Shown one piece after another: positions 1-9,700 of a stretch of 64,000 bases of DNA. Origin of the DNA: a virus. Taxonomy: Duplodnaviria > Caudoviricetes. A program made the translations under genes and the position numbers. Each line of letters starts with the position of its first letter. Positions within the stretch are counted from its first letter, which is position 1. The notes under the pieces are model-generated. The model was given only the letters and a program-made list of their open reading frames with translations. It had not been told where the DNA came from and searched no databases. The stretch is from positions 64,001 to 128,000 of IMG/VR virus record IMGVR_UViG_3300021133_000001, one strand, 5' to 3'.

Positions 1-286
1 GTGGTCTTGCCAGTCTACGCTCTTGACTCGGATCATTAGGTTGAGCAAAGTAATGCAAACATTCCTTATCTAACTTTATTGCATTTTTCTTATTAAAGTC
101 TTGCAGTTCTTTATCAGTTGGATTACTCTTGTTGAGCTTAACACGATTAGGTACCTTTTTACCTATCATATTATGGAAAGTCTTTGCAGTTTCAACAATA
201 CGTTTAATCTTCCTGCGGTATATAGGTGAGCCATATAACTTCAGAACTTCAGGGTGTAGTTTAGATGGATTGTTTTTAGTTGCCAT
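1..286 (-). CDS. Hypothetical protein, partial (runs off the window start)
   Basis: ATG at 286 opens MATKNNPSKLHPEVLKLYGSPIYRRK... with no stop before base 1; a TTGATA-16-TATAAT promoter lies 7 nt upstream. Confidence 0.7.
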   Translation of the reverse strand, partial: MATKNNPSKLHPEVLKLYGSPIYRRKIKRIVETAKTFHNMIGKKVPNRVKLNKSNPTDKELQDFNKKNAIKLDKECLHYFAQPNDPSQERRLARP

Positions 287-293
287 ATGTAGT

Positions 294-321
294 ATTATAA
301 CGTATTATTTTTCTTTATCAA
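294..321 (-). promoter_or_regulatory. Sigma70-like promoter TTGATA-N16-TATAAT, probably leaderless transcript
   Basis: Read directly; ATG 7 nt downstream of the -10 box, no Shine-Dalgarno. Confidence 0.6.
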
Positions 322-538
322 TATCTTTTTTACTGTATGTGGGTATGTTCATTAACATTTGCCAATCTTTATCAGAGAAATCGTTTTCGATACCATCGTA
401 AAACTTATCCTGCTTAAAAATTTCTAATATACATCTATGCTCGTAATCAGTAGTTAAGATCCATTTAGGTTCTTCTCCTCTAAGCATAACAACGGTATAA
501 TCCTTACCATGCTTAGAAGCTCTTCTTATTACTATCAT
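305..538 (-). CDS. Hypothetical protein
   Basis: 77 aa ORF coupled (TAATG) to the upstream dehydrogenase. Confidence 0.7.
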   Translation of the reverse strand: MIVIRRASKHGKDYTVVMLRGEEPKWILTTDYEHRCILEIFKQDKFYDGIENDFSDKDWQMLMNIPTYSKKDIDKEK

Positions 539-1728
539 TACCTTGTTTTGCCGTAATGTATTACTTTAACTCTTGGATCGTATTTCTTGTCTTTACGCCA
601 AGGATCAATCACTATACTACCATATGGGAAGTCTATTTCATTTACCCACCAGCTCCAATAACCAATTAAATAAACATCTGCTTTAGAATCAAAAGTAGAG
701 TCCCCGGTATTAGGATCGTAATAAGTTACTTTACCACCATGCTTTTCAATGTAATGAGCTACTAACAAACTATAAGAACCGTTAGTATAAGGTACATCTG
801 GTTTATAAGCTTTACCCACAACACAAACCTTTTCACCTTCTTTAACACATCGTAGAGCTAAGTTTTCAGCTTGTATTTCTCTACTAGTCATAATACTGTC
901 AAACAAGTCGTAACCTAACTCTAAACGCTGTGCTAACCAGCGTAAAGCAATATTATCTCTAGGGTGACACGCACCACCATCACCCATACCAGCAGTCATA
1001 TAAGCTGGACCCATAATACGGTAATCACTGTCTTTTAAAGCATTTGTAACTATATCTACATTAATATTACCATTCTTTTCAGCAACATCTTGTATCATGT
1101 TAACTAAAGCTAGCTTAGTAGATATAAATGTGTTGTAAAATATTTTAATACATTCTGCTTCATCCCAAGTACCGTGTACATAACGAGTATCGCAATCGAT
1201 TATTGTTTCATAAAACTCTGATAACTCTTGTACATCTGCATTGTCTTGTGAACCATCTTTACTGCCCATAATTACCATTTCTGGTCTAACCATATCTTCT
1301 TTTATAGTACCCATCGCTATTAAGTACGGGTTATAAACAAAACGTTTATTAGGTATTAAATTGATAAGCTGATTTCTAACAGTACCAGGCAATACAGTAC
1401 TAATAAGCACGATTAACTGTTTATTAGTAGTCCATAAATTAACTTGACGTAATACGGTTTTAACAATAGAATAATCAAAGTCTTTAGGTTCTAAACGACT
1501 TGTGGGAGTTTCACCACCATATGCAGGATCGTGTGGGGTGGGTACTGCTACAAAGATAATATCTTTACCCTCTATAGCTTCTTTAATGGTATCAACAATC
1601 TTTATGTGTTGAGACTGTATGTTTTTATTGGTGTCGTAACCGTACACTTTATGACCCGCTAAAGCCATAACATCAGCGCAGTCTTTACCAAGCTTACCAA
1701 TGCCAATCATTGCGACTTTTTTACCCAT
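538..1728 (-). CDS. ugd: UDP-glucose/GDP-mannose dehydrogenase family protein
   Basis: GIGKLG Rossmann motif, FVAVPTP, STVLPGT, AECIKIFYNTF, GGACHPRD catalytic Cys motif, AYKP; start moved to ATG 1728 (MGKKVAMIG), which follows TAAATA. Confidence 0.9.
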   Translation of the reverse strand: MGKKVAMIGIGKLGKDCADVMALAGHKVYGYDTNKNIQSQHIKIVDTIKEAIEGKDIIFVAVPTPHDPAYGGETPTSRLEPKDFDYSIVKTVLRQVNLWTTNKQLIVLISTVLPGTVRNQLINLIPNKRFVYNPYLIAMGTIKEDMVRPEMVIMGSKDGSQDNADVQELSEFYETIIDCDTRYVHGTWDEAECIKIFYNTFISTKLALVNMIQDVAEKNGNINVDIVTNALKDSDYRIMGPAYMTAGMGDGGACHPRDNIALRWLAQRLELGYDLFDSIMTSREIQAENLALRCVKEGEKVCVVGKAYKPDVPYTNGSYSLLVAHYIEKHGGKVTYYDPNTGDSTFDSKADVYLIGYWSWWVNEIDFPYGSIVIDPWRKDKKYDPRVKVIHYGKTR

Positions 1729-1767
1729 AAATCTATTTATCTCAACAGGTACTATGTGCAACAACTA

Positions 1768-2424
1768 CTAGTGTTTATGCTTAGCTTTACCGGCTTTCAT
1801 ATTAGCTAACCAGTGAGCCATACGTGCTTTTTCACCTGAAGAGTGTTTCGCAACATTACGTAACGTACTCACACTTGCTTTAGTATTAACACCTGAGCGT
1901 TTAGCTAAACCCTTACGTTCAGGATGTTTACCATCCATGAAATTTTCTCCTTCAATGCCCTGAGTTACAGCTGCATTTACAGTCGGATTATCCCCAGGAG
2001 AGCTCTCATCTTCGTACTTTAGAGGATCATCTGGGGCTTCTTGGTCCTGGGTTGTATCGTAGTATTTGTCGCTACTACCATAACCTAGAGTACTGGTTGT
2101 GCTCTCTGCAGTAGCTGTAGTATCATCAGTCACTTTTTGACTACCATCTAAACCATTTGCATTTTCATCCCAATAATCTTTAAAAGATTTAAATTTCTTT
2201 CTGTTGTATTTTGTTTTGCTTACAAAAGCTTTAGAAGGAGGTGGCATATCTTTACGCACACCAGCCATCACGTCTTTTTGTGTAATTTTACTAGGTGTTT
2301 TCGATTCATCGTGTACATTAGCATGTAAAGCAGCTAGATACTTTTTAACAGGGCCAGTTGTACAACCAACTTTCTTACCTGTATCTTTACGGTATACACA
2401 TTTTCCTCGAGCGACGTACGGCAT
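1768..2424 (-). CDS. Hypothetical, probable head-internal/virion protein
   Basis: 218 aa; basic ends with an acidic middle; TAAATA late-type motif upstream; KFKSFKDYWDE segment. Confidence 0.7.
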   Translation of the reverse strand: MPYVARGKCVYRKDTGKKVGCTTGPVKKYLAALHANVHDESKTPSKITQKDVMAGVRKDMPPPSKAFVSKTKYNRKKFKSFKDYWDENANGLDGSQKVTDDTTATAESTTSTLGYGSSDKYYDTTQDQEAPDDPLKYEDESSPGDNPTVNAAVTQGIEGENFMDGKHPERKGLAKRSGVNTKASVSTLRNVAKHSSGEKARMAHWLANMKAGKAKHKH

Positions 2425-2446
2425 ATTAGATATTTATTATAAACAT

Positions 2447-2505
2447 TAAAAAAGCCGGTAGCTATAAACACCTATTTCACACCCACTAAAAATAGCTACC
2501 GGCCA
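2447..2505 (-). ncRNA. Candidate ~58-nt hairpin small RNA ending in an intrinsic terminator
   Basis: Perfect 12-bp stem (2454-2465 with 2492-2503), 26-nt loop, U6 tail; promoter-like TGGAAT-N16-TAATTA at 2511-2538; no minus-strand gene upstream to terminate. Confidence 0.4.
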
Positions 2506-2557
2506 ATACATAATTAAGAAGTTATCTATAATATTCCACTATATAGTAAATATTAGT

Positions 2558-3943
2558 ATGTTACTATTGGCAATTATACTGCTTTTAGCTTCTCTTGCTA
2601 TAGCAGCAGTCGGGGCATATTTTAGTATTATAGGTTTGAGTCTGTTATTCGTAGGAGCAGGAGCTTCTATCATGATTATGGGTACCACTTTAGAAGTAGG
2701 TAAACTCGTGGCAGTTACGTTTTTACATCAATATTGGGAAAAAATGAACGTAATGCTAAAAACCTATCTTATAATAGCTTGTTTGGCATTAATGACTATT
2801 ACTTCTTTGGGTATATATGGTTATCTTGCTTCGGGATATAATACTACTTCTATTAAAGTAAAAGATTTGCAGGAACAAATTGAAAATAATAATAAACAAA
2901 TAGAAGTTTATAAGAGCGACATAACCACTCTTTCTATTATACCTAATAATGATAAAGATGTAGTTTTAATTAACATTAATAAAGATAAGCAAGTAGAACA
3001 GGTTACTCAGTTTATAAAACAGAAAGAACTACATATTACTGAAATTAAAGCTACTATTGAGAGTGATAAAAAGAAAGCTATGGAGAGTGTTGCACTTAAT
3101 AGAGCTCAGCTTGACACGAGTGTTAATAGAGTATCTGAACAAATAAAACTTTATAATGATAGGTTATCTATATTAGATAAAGAAATACAAACTTGGTTAG
3201 ATAAAAATGATGATGGTGGTTTCTTTAAAAAGAGCAGTCTTGACAAAGCTCGTATAGTAAAGGAGCAACAAGCTGCTGAAAGAGCTCAAATAGATGCTCA
3301 AATTAAAAATGTACAGGACAAAATAGACAAGCTACATGCAGATAGTGATAAACAGATTAGTTTAATTAATGAGGAGTTAATTGCTTCTGTAAAAGCTAAT
3401 GAAGCTCAAGTAATACAATTGCAATCAGAAATAATCAAAGATAAACAAGACTTTGAACAAATACAAAGTGTTGCTGATACTCGTATTGCTGGGTTAATGT
3501 CTTTAAAAGAAAATAAAATAAAAACTAATCAAGTTAAGGCTAAAGAAGACGAAGCTAAAATAATTAAGTTACAATCAGCGAATAACGTACTTCAATCAAA
3601 GATACTCACTACAGACGTAGGTACATTTAAGTATGTTGCTAAGAACTTAAATTTACAGCTCGATCAAACTGTTACTTGGTTTATTTGGTTAATTATGTGT
3701 GTATTTGATCCGTTAGCGGTATCTTTATTGCTATGCTTCAATGTAATTATTAAAAATTACAGAATGAACAAAGTAGTTAAAAAGATTGAACCTAAGCCAG
3801 AACCTAAACCTTTAGAGCCTGAGAAAACAGACACTACCCCTGTTACAGCTATAAACCCAGAAGAGTTTAAGCTGTTAAAGCAAGTAATAGAAGAGCGTAA
3901 AAAGCAAGAAGCGGTTATCAGCAAGCCAATGGGCAAGCTTTAA
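2558..3943 (+). CDS. Membrane-anchored coiled-coil protein (3 N-terminal TM, long coiled coil, C-terminal TM)
   Basis: Hydrophobic N-terminus with LEVGKLV and YGYL motifs, heptad-rich middle, VFDPLAVSLL helix. Confidence 0.8.
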   Translation: MLLLAIILLLASLAIAAVGAYFSIIGLSLLFVGAGASIMIMGTTLEVGKLVAVTFLHQYWEKMNVMLKTYLIIACLALMTITSLGIYGYLASGYNTTSIKVKDLQEQIENNNKQIEVYKSDITTLSIIPNNDKDVVLININKDKQVEQVTQFIKQKELHITEIKATIESDKKKAMESVALNRAQLDTSVNRVSEQIKLYNDRLSILDKEIQTWLDKNDDGGFFKKSSLDKARIVKEQQAAERAQIDAQIKNVQDKIDKLHADSDKQISLINEELIASVKANEAQVIQLQSEIIKDKQDFEQIQSVADTRIAGLMSLKENKIKTNQVKAKEDEAKIIKLQSANNVLQSKILTTDVGTFKYVAKNLNLQLDQTVTWFIWLIMCVFDPLAVSLLLCFNVIIKNYRMNKVVKKIEPKPEPKPLEPEKTDTTPVTAINPEEFKLLKQVIEERKKQEAVISKPMGKL

Positions 3944-4167
3944 CCTCTATAGCCAAGCTTTTGTATACCTGAACGGTGACCTGGTCTAGCCATATACTGC
4001 TTAGCTTGTTTAAAGCTATCACCAGTCATTACTTGACAAGTACCTGCAGTCTTATGATCCCACACCATCACACCAAACCTATTTGCTACCTTTTCCCTTG
4101 GAACGTAGTTTGGATCGGGAAGTATTCCCATTTCGATTAGTTTTTTCACCTTTTGGTCTGTATTCAT
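3940..4167 (-). CDS. Hypothetical protein
   Basis: 75 aa ATG ORF overlapping the 3' end of the upstream gene. Confidence 0.55.
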   Translation of the reverse strand: MNTDQKVKKLIEMGILPDPNYVPREKVANRFGVMVWDHKTAGTCQVMTGDSFKQAKQYMARPGHRSGIQKLGYRG

Positions 4168-4597
4168 TTAATATTGCGAATGTTTTTTTCTGTTTCTCAA
4201 TACGATTATATAACCTTCTAGCGAAGTGCAAACCTTTATTTTCAAAATATCTAGCATCTATTTCTAATGGATGACGGTAGTATAGCTTTTCATAATCCGC
4301 TGTCATTGGTACGTGCAATATCTTATCTTGTACGAAATGCCTAAATTCATGTATTATGACTCTGTGAAACTGGCCTATTCTTAAATCAGGTACAATAACA
4401 AAATATGCTCCATCAGAATCATAGTTGTACCAGTTCCATCTACCGTGTTTTACACCTCTTATCTTGATAACAAAGTTTCTTTTCTTTTTAGCTTTGTATA
4501 CAGGATCAAGTATTGCTGAATATACAAGGGAAAGCGTATCCCAGTTAATCATAGGATACGCTTTTCTAATGAGTTTATTTGGTTTGAATATAACCAT
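4079..4597 (-). CDS. Putative HEXXH zinc metallopeptidase-like protein
   Basis: IIHEFRHFVQ followed by YYRHPLEIDAR (third ligand Glu). Confidence 0.7.
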   Translation of the reverse strand: MVIFKPNKLIRKAYPMINWDTLSLVYSAILDPVYKAKKKRNFVIKIRGVKHGRWNWYNYDSDGAYFVIVPDLRIGQFHRVIIHEFRHFVQDKILHVPMTADYEKLYYRHPLEIDARYFENKGLHFARRLYNRIEKQKKTFAILNEYRPKGEKTNRNGNTSRSKLRSKGKGSK

Positions 4598-4599
4598 AA

Positions 4600-4765
4600 A
4601 AATGAAGGCCTTTATGAAATTCTACAGCCCCGTATTTTTGCTATAGTTGCATCGCGAAGGTATACGTTATTGCGCGGGGATCAGGCTCTGACAAAGCCTC
4701 GTGCTCTGTTGAGAAGAATCTCTGTTAATGTAAGCGATTAAACTTACAAAGTGTTTAAAGAACAA
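4600..4765 (-). ncRNA. Candidate structured RNA / 5' leader with boxA-like element
   Basis: Locally GC-rich intergenic region with several stems, downstream of a promoter; begins TGTTCTTTAAACA. Confidence 0.4.
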
Positions 4766-4770
4766 AAATG

Positions 4771-4798
4771 ATTATAGTGCCTAATTAATTAAGATCAA
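4771..4798 (-). promoter_or_regulatory. Sigma70-like promoter TTGATC-N16-TATAAT
   Basis: Read directly in the intergenic region. Confidence 0.6.
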
Positions 4799-4804
4799 GC
4801 ACTA

Positions 4805-5257
4805 TTATTTACTTGTTAAAACTTGAAAGGTATCGGGATTGCTCGAAGGCCAGATATACTCTAATCCCTCTGGTGCATCTGGAAACTCTTGTTTATAATG
4901 ATCCGGATATTTCTTTATTAGCATTGATTGATGTGATAAATGTATATCTAACATACCTAACCACCAAGGATACGTTGTAGGTTTGGATTCATTGTAGTAA
5001 GCACGTATTTTCTCATAACAGGTATCTTTATAACCACGCTCTTTCCATACCTCGCATATAACCATACCGTATAACGCTAATGCATTTTCGTGGCCACGCC
5101 ACATTTCCCGGCAAGGATGGTTTTTCCAACCTTTATAATCAGGTTTATGAAACGAATTGAGAAGCTGTAATACTTCAACACGCTGCTTACCGAGTCTTTT
5201 CATATCAAGACTTTTAGCAGATTCTCGAAAATTAGCGAATGGTAAAAATGTTTGCAT
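4805..5257 (-). CDS. Pyrimidine-dimer DNA glycosylase / endonuclease V-like (MSMEG_6728-type)
   Basis: MQTFLP...LDxKRLGKQRVE...W.NHP...MW...SH.S.L..K.P..Y family signature. Confidence 0.8.
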   Translation of the reverse strand: MQTFLPFANFRESAKSLDMKRLGKQRVEVLQLLNSFHKPDYKGWKNHPCREMWRGHENALALYGMVICEVWKERGYKDTCYEKIRAYYNESKPTTYPWWLGMLDIHLSHQSMLIKKYPDHYKQEFPDAPEGLEYIWPSSNPDTFQVLTSK

Positions 5258-5260
5258 AGT

Positions 5261-5554
5261 TTATTTGCGTCCTTCTATTACTTGTTTATCCCATACTTCA
5301 CGAATATAGGCAACATATTTGTGTAAAAAGTTTTTAGCTTCATCTAATGTATTAAGTTGATGATAGCCTTCTGGTGGTAGATCTGCACCGGGCATACTTA
5401 AATCAGCCATAGCACCGATCATTGGTTTGAATTTACCATTATCAAGTTGACGTATGACAAGATAGCAGCAACGATAGTCCCACCGTTCCCAGATACCGCA
5501 TTGTAAGTCTTTCCACTTAGATGCGGCTTGTCTACGTAAGAATGCTTTATTCAT
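5261..5554 (-). CDS. Hypothetical protein
   Basis: 97 aa ORF with its own promoter 7 nt upstream. Confidence 0.75.
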   Translation of the reverse strand: MNKAFLRRQAASKWKDLQCGIWERWDYRCCYLVIRQLDNGKFKPMIGAMADLSMPGADLPPEGYHQLNTLDEAKNFLHKYVAYIREVWDKQVIEGRK

Positions 5555-5561
5555 AGTACCT

Positions 5562-5589
5562 AGTATGGTACTTTATTAGACTAGTGCAA
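5562..5589 (-). promoter_or_regulatory. Sigma70-like promoter TTGCAC-N16-CATACT, leaderless
   Basis: Read directly; ATG 7 nt downstream. Confidence 0.5.
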
Positions 5590-5592
5590 GCT

Positions 5593-5844
5593 TTAAGCTG
5601 AAGCTGATCCGAATGCTACTTTATTACCGCGGAAATTCGTGATAATCCAATCAATATTAGCTGCAGCAGATAGACTACGTAAAGCAGGAAGGTTAGGTAG
5701 TACTTCCTTGCCTTGAGTTACGAAGTCTTTTGCATCAGCAACAAGGTAATATATACCTGTTGTAATATCAGCACCGTCATTGTAAAGAGCTTTCTGCTCT
5801 GCAGCAGTTAGCTCGTTAACATTACCAATTATTGTTATTGTCAT
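5593..5844 (-). CDS. Hypothetical protein
   Basis: 83 aa ORF in a tightly packed run. Confidence 0.7.
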   Translation of the reverse strand: MTITIIGNVNELTAAEQKALYNDGADITTGIYYLVADAKDFVTQGKEVLPNLPALRSLSAAANIDWIITNFRGNKVAFGSASA

Positions 5845-5853
5845 TGTTCTGTA

Positions 5854-6099
5854 TTAAATAAAATCTCTATAATCACTATTATCTATGCTTTTCTTAGGAG
5901 GTCCACTAAAAAGTATCGCATCAGGATTATTTATGTGTAACCACTCTCTAAAACTACGAGGAAAATCAGCAGCAAACAATTTTACTGTTTTAATATCTAT
6001 TGTTGTATCTTTTTCGATACATAACAAAGCTCTAACTGCATCTTGCTGAAAAGATGCCAACTTACATTCAAACGCAATATCAATAAATTTTACTGTCAT
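5854..6099 (-). CDS. Hypothetical protein
   Basis: 81 aa ORF in a tightly packed run. Confidence 0.65.
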   Translation of the reverse strand: MTVKFIDIAFECKLASFQQDAVRALLCIEKDTTIDIKTVKLFAADFPRSFREWLHINNPDAILFSGPPKKSIDNSDYRDFI

Positions 6100-6102
6100 A
6101 GT

Positions 6103-6137
6103 AAAAAAGGGGCCTACTATGTTTAGTAATAGGCCCC
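6103..6137 (-). terminator. Intrinsic terminator
   Basis: GGGGCCTATTA...TAGTAGGCCCC stem followed by T6 on the minus strand. Confidence 0.8.
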
Positions 6138-6155
6138 TCTGTGTTGTATTAGTTA

Positions 6156-6380
6156 TTACTTAGTCTCCCGAATCTTTGCCCAACGACCTTTTGAGTCGCG
6201 TACGTTGTAGAAACGTGGTTGAAGCACTACTTGACTTGTACGATTAATAAAACCAAGCACATTGTACTTAGTTGGATTAAAACGACGAGTTACTGCATTC
6301 ATACGTTGTTCAACGCTCTCGTCACCGAGAGTACGAGTGTTGATATCTTTAATAATAACATTTTCAGTTAGCGTTTGCAT
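6156..6380 (-). CDS. Hypothetical small basic protein
   Basis: Probable start MQTLTEN at 6380, after GGAGG and a TAGAAC-N16-TATACT element (6401-6428); C-terminal RDSKGRW motif. Confidence 0.65.
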   Translation of the reverse strand: MQTLTENVIIKDINTRTLGDESVEQRMNAVTRRFNPTKYNVLGFINRTSQVVLQPRFYNVRDSKGRWAKIRETK

Positions 6381-6495
6381 GGGTGTATTAATTCCTCCAT
6401 AGTATAACATAGTTTTTCTAAAGTTCTACTAGATATATTAAGATTTGTTATAAATAATTGTATAATTCGATATAACACTTTTTAATGACTAAAAT

Positions 6496-6711
6496 ATGAA
6501 CAAATATATTGCCGCTTTAGGCATCGTCGATGATTTCCTCGGTGAGGAGATTCCACTAAAAGAGATAAGTGTTATAGCAAAAGATCAGTACGAAGCACAT
6601 AAGACTGCTTTGTTTAAATGCAATTTAGGTAATAAGGAAACTGTCTTTAAAATTAAAGAAGCTTCTACCGGTATTGTAAGGTTTGATCACAAAACCGGTT
6701 TTAGTTCTTAA
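6496..6711 (+). CDS. Hypothetical protein
   Basis: 71 aa ATG ORF convergent with the structural block. Confidence 0.65.
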   Translation: MNKYIAALGIVDDFLGEEIPLKEISVIAKDQYEAHKTALFKCNLGNKETVFKIKEASTGIVRFDHKTGFSS

Positions 6712-9700
6712 TCATTCTTTTCGAAGTAGGCTGTTATTGTCTTGTTACCGTCTACATAGACTGTAGCTATAGAAGTAGAAGCTGCACTCTCATTACCAAA
6801 CGAGGCAGGGTCTTCCTTAACAGTTAAATTACCACCTGTGTAATGTACAGAACCGTCGCCACCTAGTGGGTAAATACCAACATCCCAGCATCCTGGCCCG
6901 TCAACTATTAAAGGAGAACCCTTAGAAGCACCGCTATGGGTTGTACAACCTGGTATACTACCATATGCAGTTAAATATGTACCCACATTACGTATAGTAG
7001 CAATACTACCTGCTATATACGTGCCACCACCAGTTACAAAGCCGTTACCCTTACCTATGACTGCTGCTTGAGTTGTAATAGTGTATCTAGGGGCTGCTAC
7101 AGTGACTGGTATTGTTCTACTATAACCTAAAGTTACTTCAGTTTCGCCTGGACAAGTTGTACGGTTTACTGTTAAGGTTGAACTTGTTAAGCTTGCTGGG
7201 GTTAATTGTAGTACAGGGTTATTTGGGTATGTGCTGCTTGGTACTCCATCAATACTCCAAGTATGAGAAATGTATGGGTTGTTATTAATATAACCACCTA
7301 AACTATTGTTAGATATACCTGCATATGCAGCTGTACCGCTTAACTTATAGACTGTCAATGTACCTGTTGACATACCAAGTGGGCCTGCACTTAAGCCGTT
7401 AGTAAAGTTAGTATCATACAGATAACCTTCAGATACCGAAGCTACTACTCTTGGTACTATAGAATGACCCGCTGTAATACTACCTAGTGATAGATCTACA
7501 CTGAACTTACCTGAATATGTACCAGGATAACCGTCAGGTTGTACGGTATTACTATCTGTAGTGAGATATGTGCTTAATGGTAATACAAATATTGAAGAGT
7601 TACTTGTAGATGTAGTTAAAATAGGTGTAGTATCTTGATTGATAGTAACGTATACACTATTTGCGAAATACCAAGGTGAAGCACCGTATGTTTCACACAA
7701 GTTAATAATTAAGCTTGCAGATAACGGGGCATTTAATACGTTAAACTTAAAGTTATAGTCATTACCGTAACGTGAAGGTAAGCTATTAGGTAAAGCACTA
7801 TATAAGTTACCGATAGCAGCTGCTGAAGCAAATGCAAACAACGTTTCAAGTGTTACATCTAGATAACCCTGACCGTTACTATATACTACACCAGCTGCAT
7901 CTGCAGCAGAACATGAATAATAACCGATATCTGTTAACTGCGCGCTTAATACTGTATATGTAGAGCTAGAAGCGGCTAACGTCTCAATAGGCATACCATT
8001 ATAGAACCACTGATAACCGTAAATAGAGTCTGGGCCACCTGCTGAAGAAACACCAAACGTAAATGTAGCGTCCTGACCAGCGGTTACAGCAACTAAACCA
8101 GGCTGTTCTGTTACTATTGGTTGTGGTTGAATGTATTGGTAGTATGTATATGCACTAGCCGCTGTTGTCCTACCTAATAAATTGTTTATGTAAGAGGGTG
8201 GTTGTACTACATATTCTGGAGTAACTGCAGAGAGTATTGCTGTTTGTATGTTGTAAATTCTGTCAATAACACGATTAATAACTGCAGAACTTAATATTTC
8301 ATTAACATGTACAAAGTTACTTTCATCTGCACTTAAAGAGTTAATTACGTCTGATGCAGAAAGCTGTCTTGTATCAAAAGAAACTAAATTATTACTTTGA
8401 TCTACTGTAATAACATATTTACCTGCAATACTTTTAGCTAAAATTTCGTGATTTTTAAGTACTGCATTTAAAGACTTGTTGTATACCCAGTCCTGTATAA
8501 GTTCATCAGAACCAATAGTATAAGCAGATAGTAATGTATACTGATTACCTATCTTGTCTATATCAAATAGTGTTGATGTACTAGGTAAGTCAATAAACTT
8601 AAATAAGCGCGTACCGGTAGCTACATAGAAGTAACTTCTGTCATCAATAAATGCAGTTACAATAGGTTCATTTAAAGCGTTATTATTATAACTTGGACTG
8701 TTAATACGGTTTACAAATAGACCGGTTGTAGTGTACTTGTAAATGTACTCACTTGTAACAATATAATAGAATACCCCTGTAGGTTCTATTAACAGTTTAA
8801 GTATTTTTGCATTAGCAGGTACTTCAGGTACTTCTAAAGTGTTTAATAAGTTGTTATTTGTGTCGAATACAAACACCTTATAAGGAGAAGGGAATACATC
8901 TTGGTTAGGTGTAACTAAAGGCGAGCTTGGTGCAGAATCATAACCTGCACCATACATACTCATTGCCTGTACTACAAAGCTAACGTAATTTTGAGTAGAG
9001 TCAAATATATACTTGGTTAACCTTGGAGGATTGTCAAGATTGACTGCTGGTGAATAGAAGTTATCTATTTCTAAGTAGTTACCACCGTTACCCTCTACTT
9101 CCCCGTATATAGTGAAGTTTGCACTTACACCAAACACACTAGCTAAACGTAAACCGTCGTGATCCCAGGTGACAGCGTATTGTGTGGTAGCTGCATCTAC
9201 TGCAGATGTCTGTACTGACACGATAACAGGAGCGTTAGGTGCTTTGAGTGTACCTAACATGAGAATATTACCTGTATTTTGATCTATATCAAATGGTGTA
9301 ATTTCGTAACCAGTTAAAGCGCTGGTATAGATTGTATTAACATATGTTAAAGCAGAATTATAAACTTTAATACAGTTATTACTCTTATCAGCTACGTAAA
9401 CTTGATTATTATAGAGTTTAATATCTGTAGGTACATCGGTATAATTTTGACCAGCACCAAAATAGTATTGATCTGTTAATACACCACCAGTACCATCGGG
9501 TTTAGCACCACCAATCTGATTAATAATTGTAGCTGTAGCGCTACCTGCATTATAGTTTAGACCAAACCGATACAAACTAGTAATACCGTAAGGATATGTA
9601 TCAGAAGCTAATACATACAAGTTATTACCACTTACATCTGCTGTATAAATGTTGATATTGTCATTACCAGGTACAACCGCACTTAACAGCGCTACCCTAT

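Noticed and set aside
129-4646. Plus-strand ORFs 129-401, 2204-2449, 4083-4274 and 4425-4646
   Set aside because: Antisense to better-supported minus-strand genes, with TTG starts and no recognisable motifs
4600-4765. tRNA or hammerhead ribozyme
   Set aside because: No TTCGA T-loop or cloverleaf, and no CTGATGA/GAAA core; kept only as an unassigned structured RNA candidate
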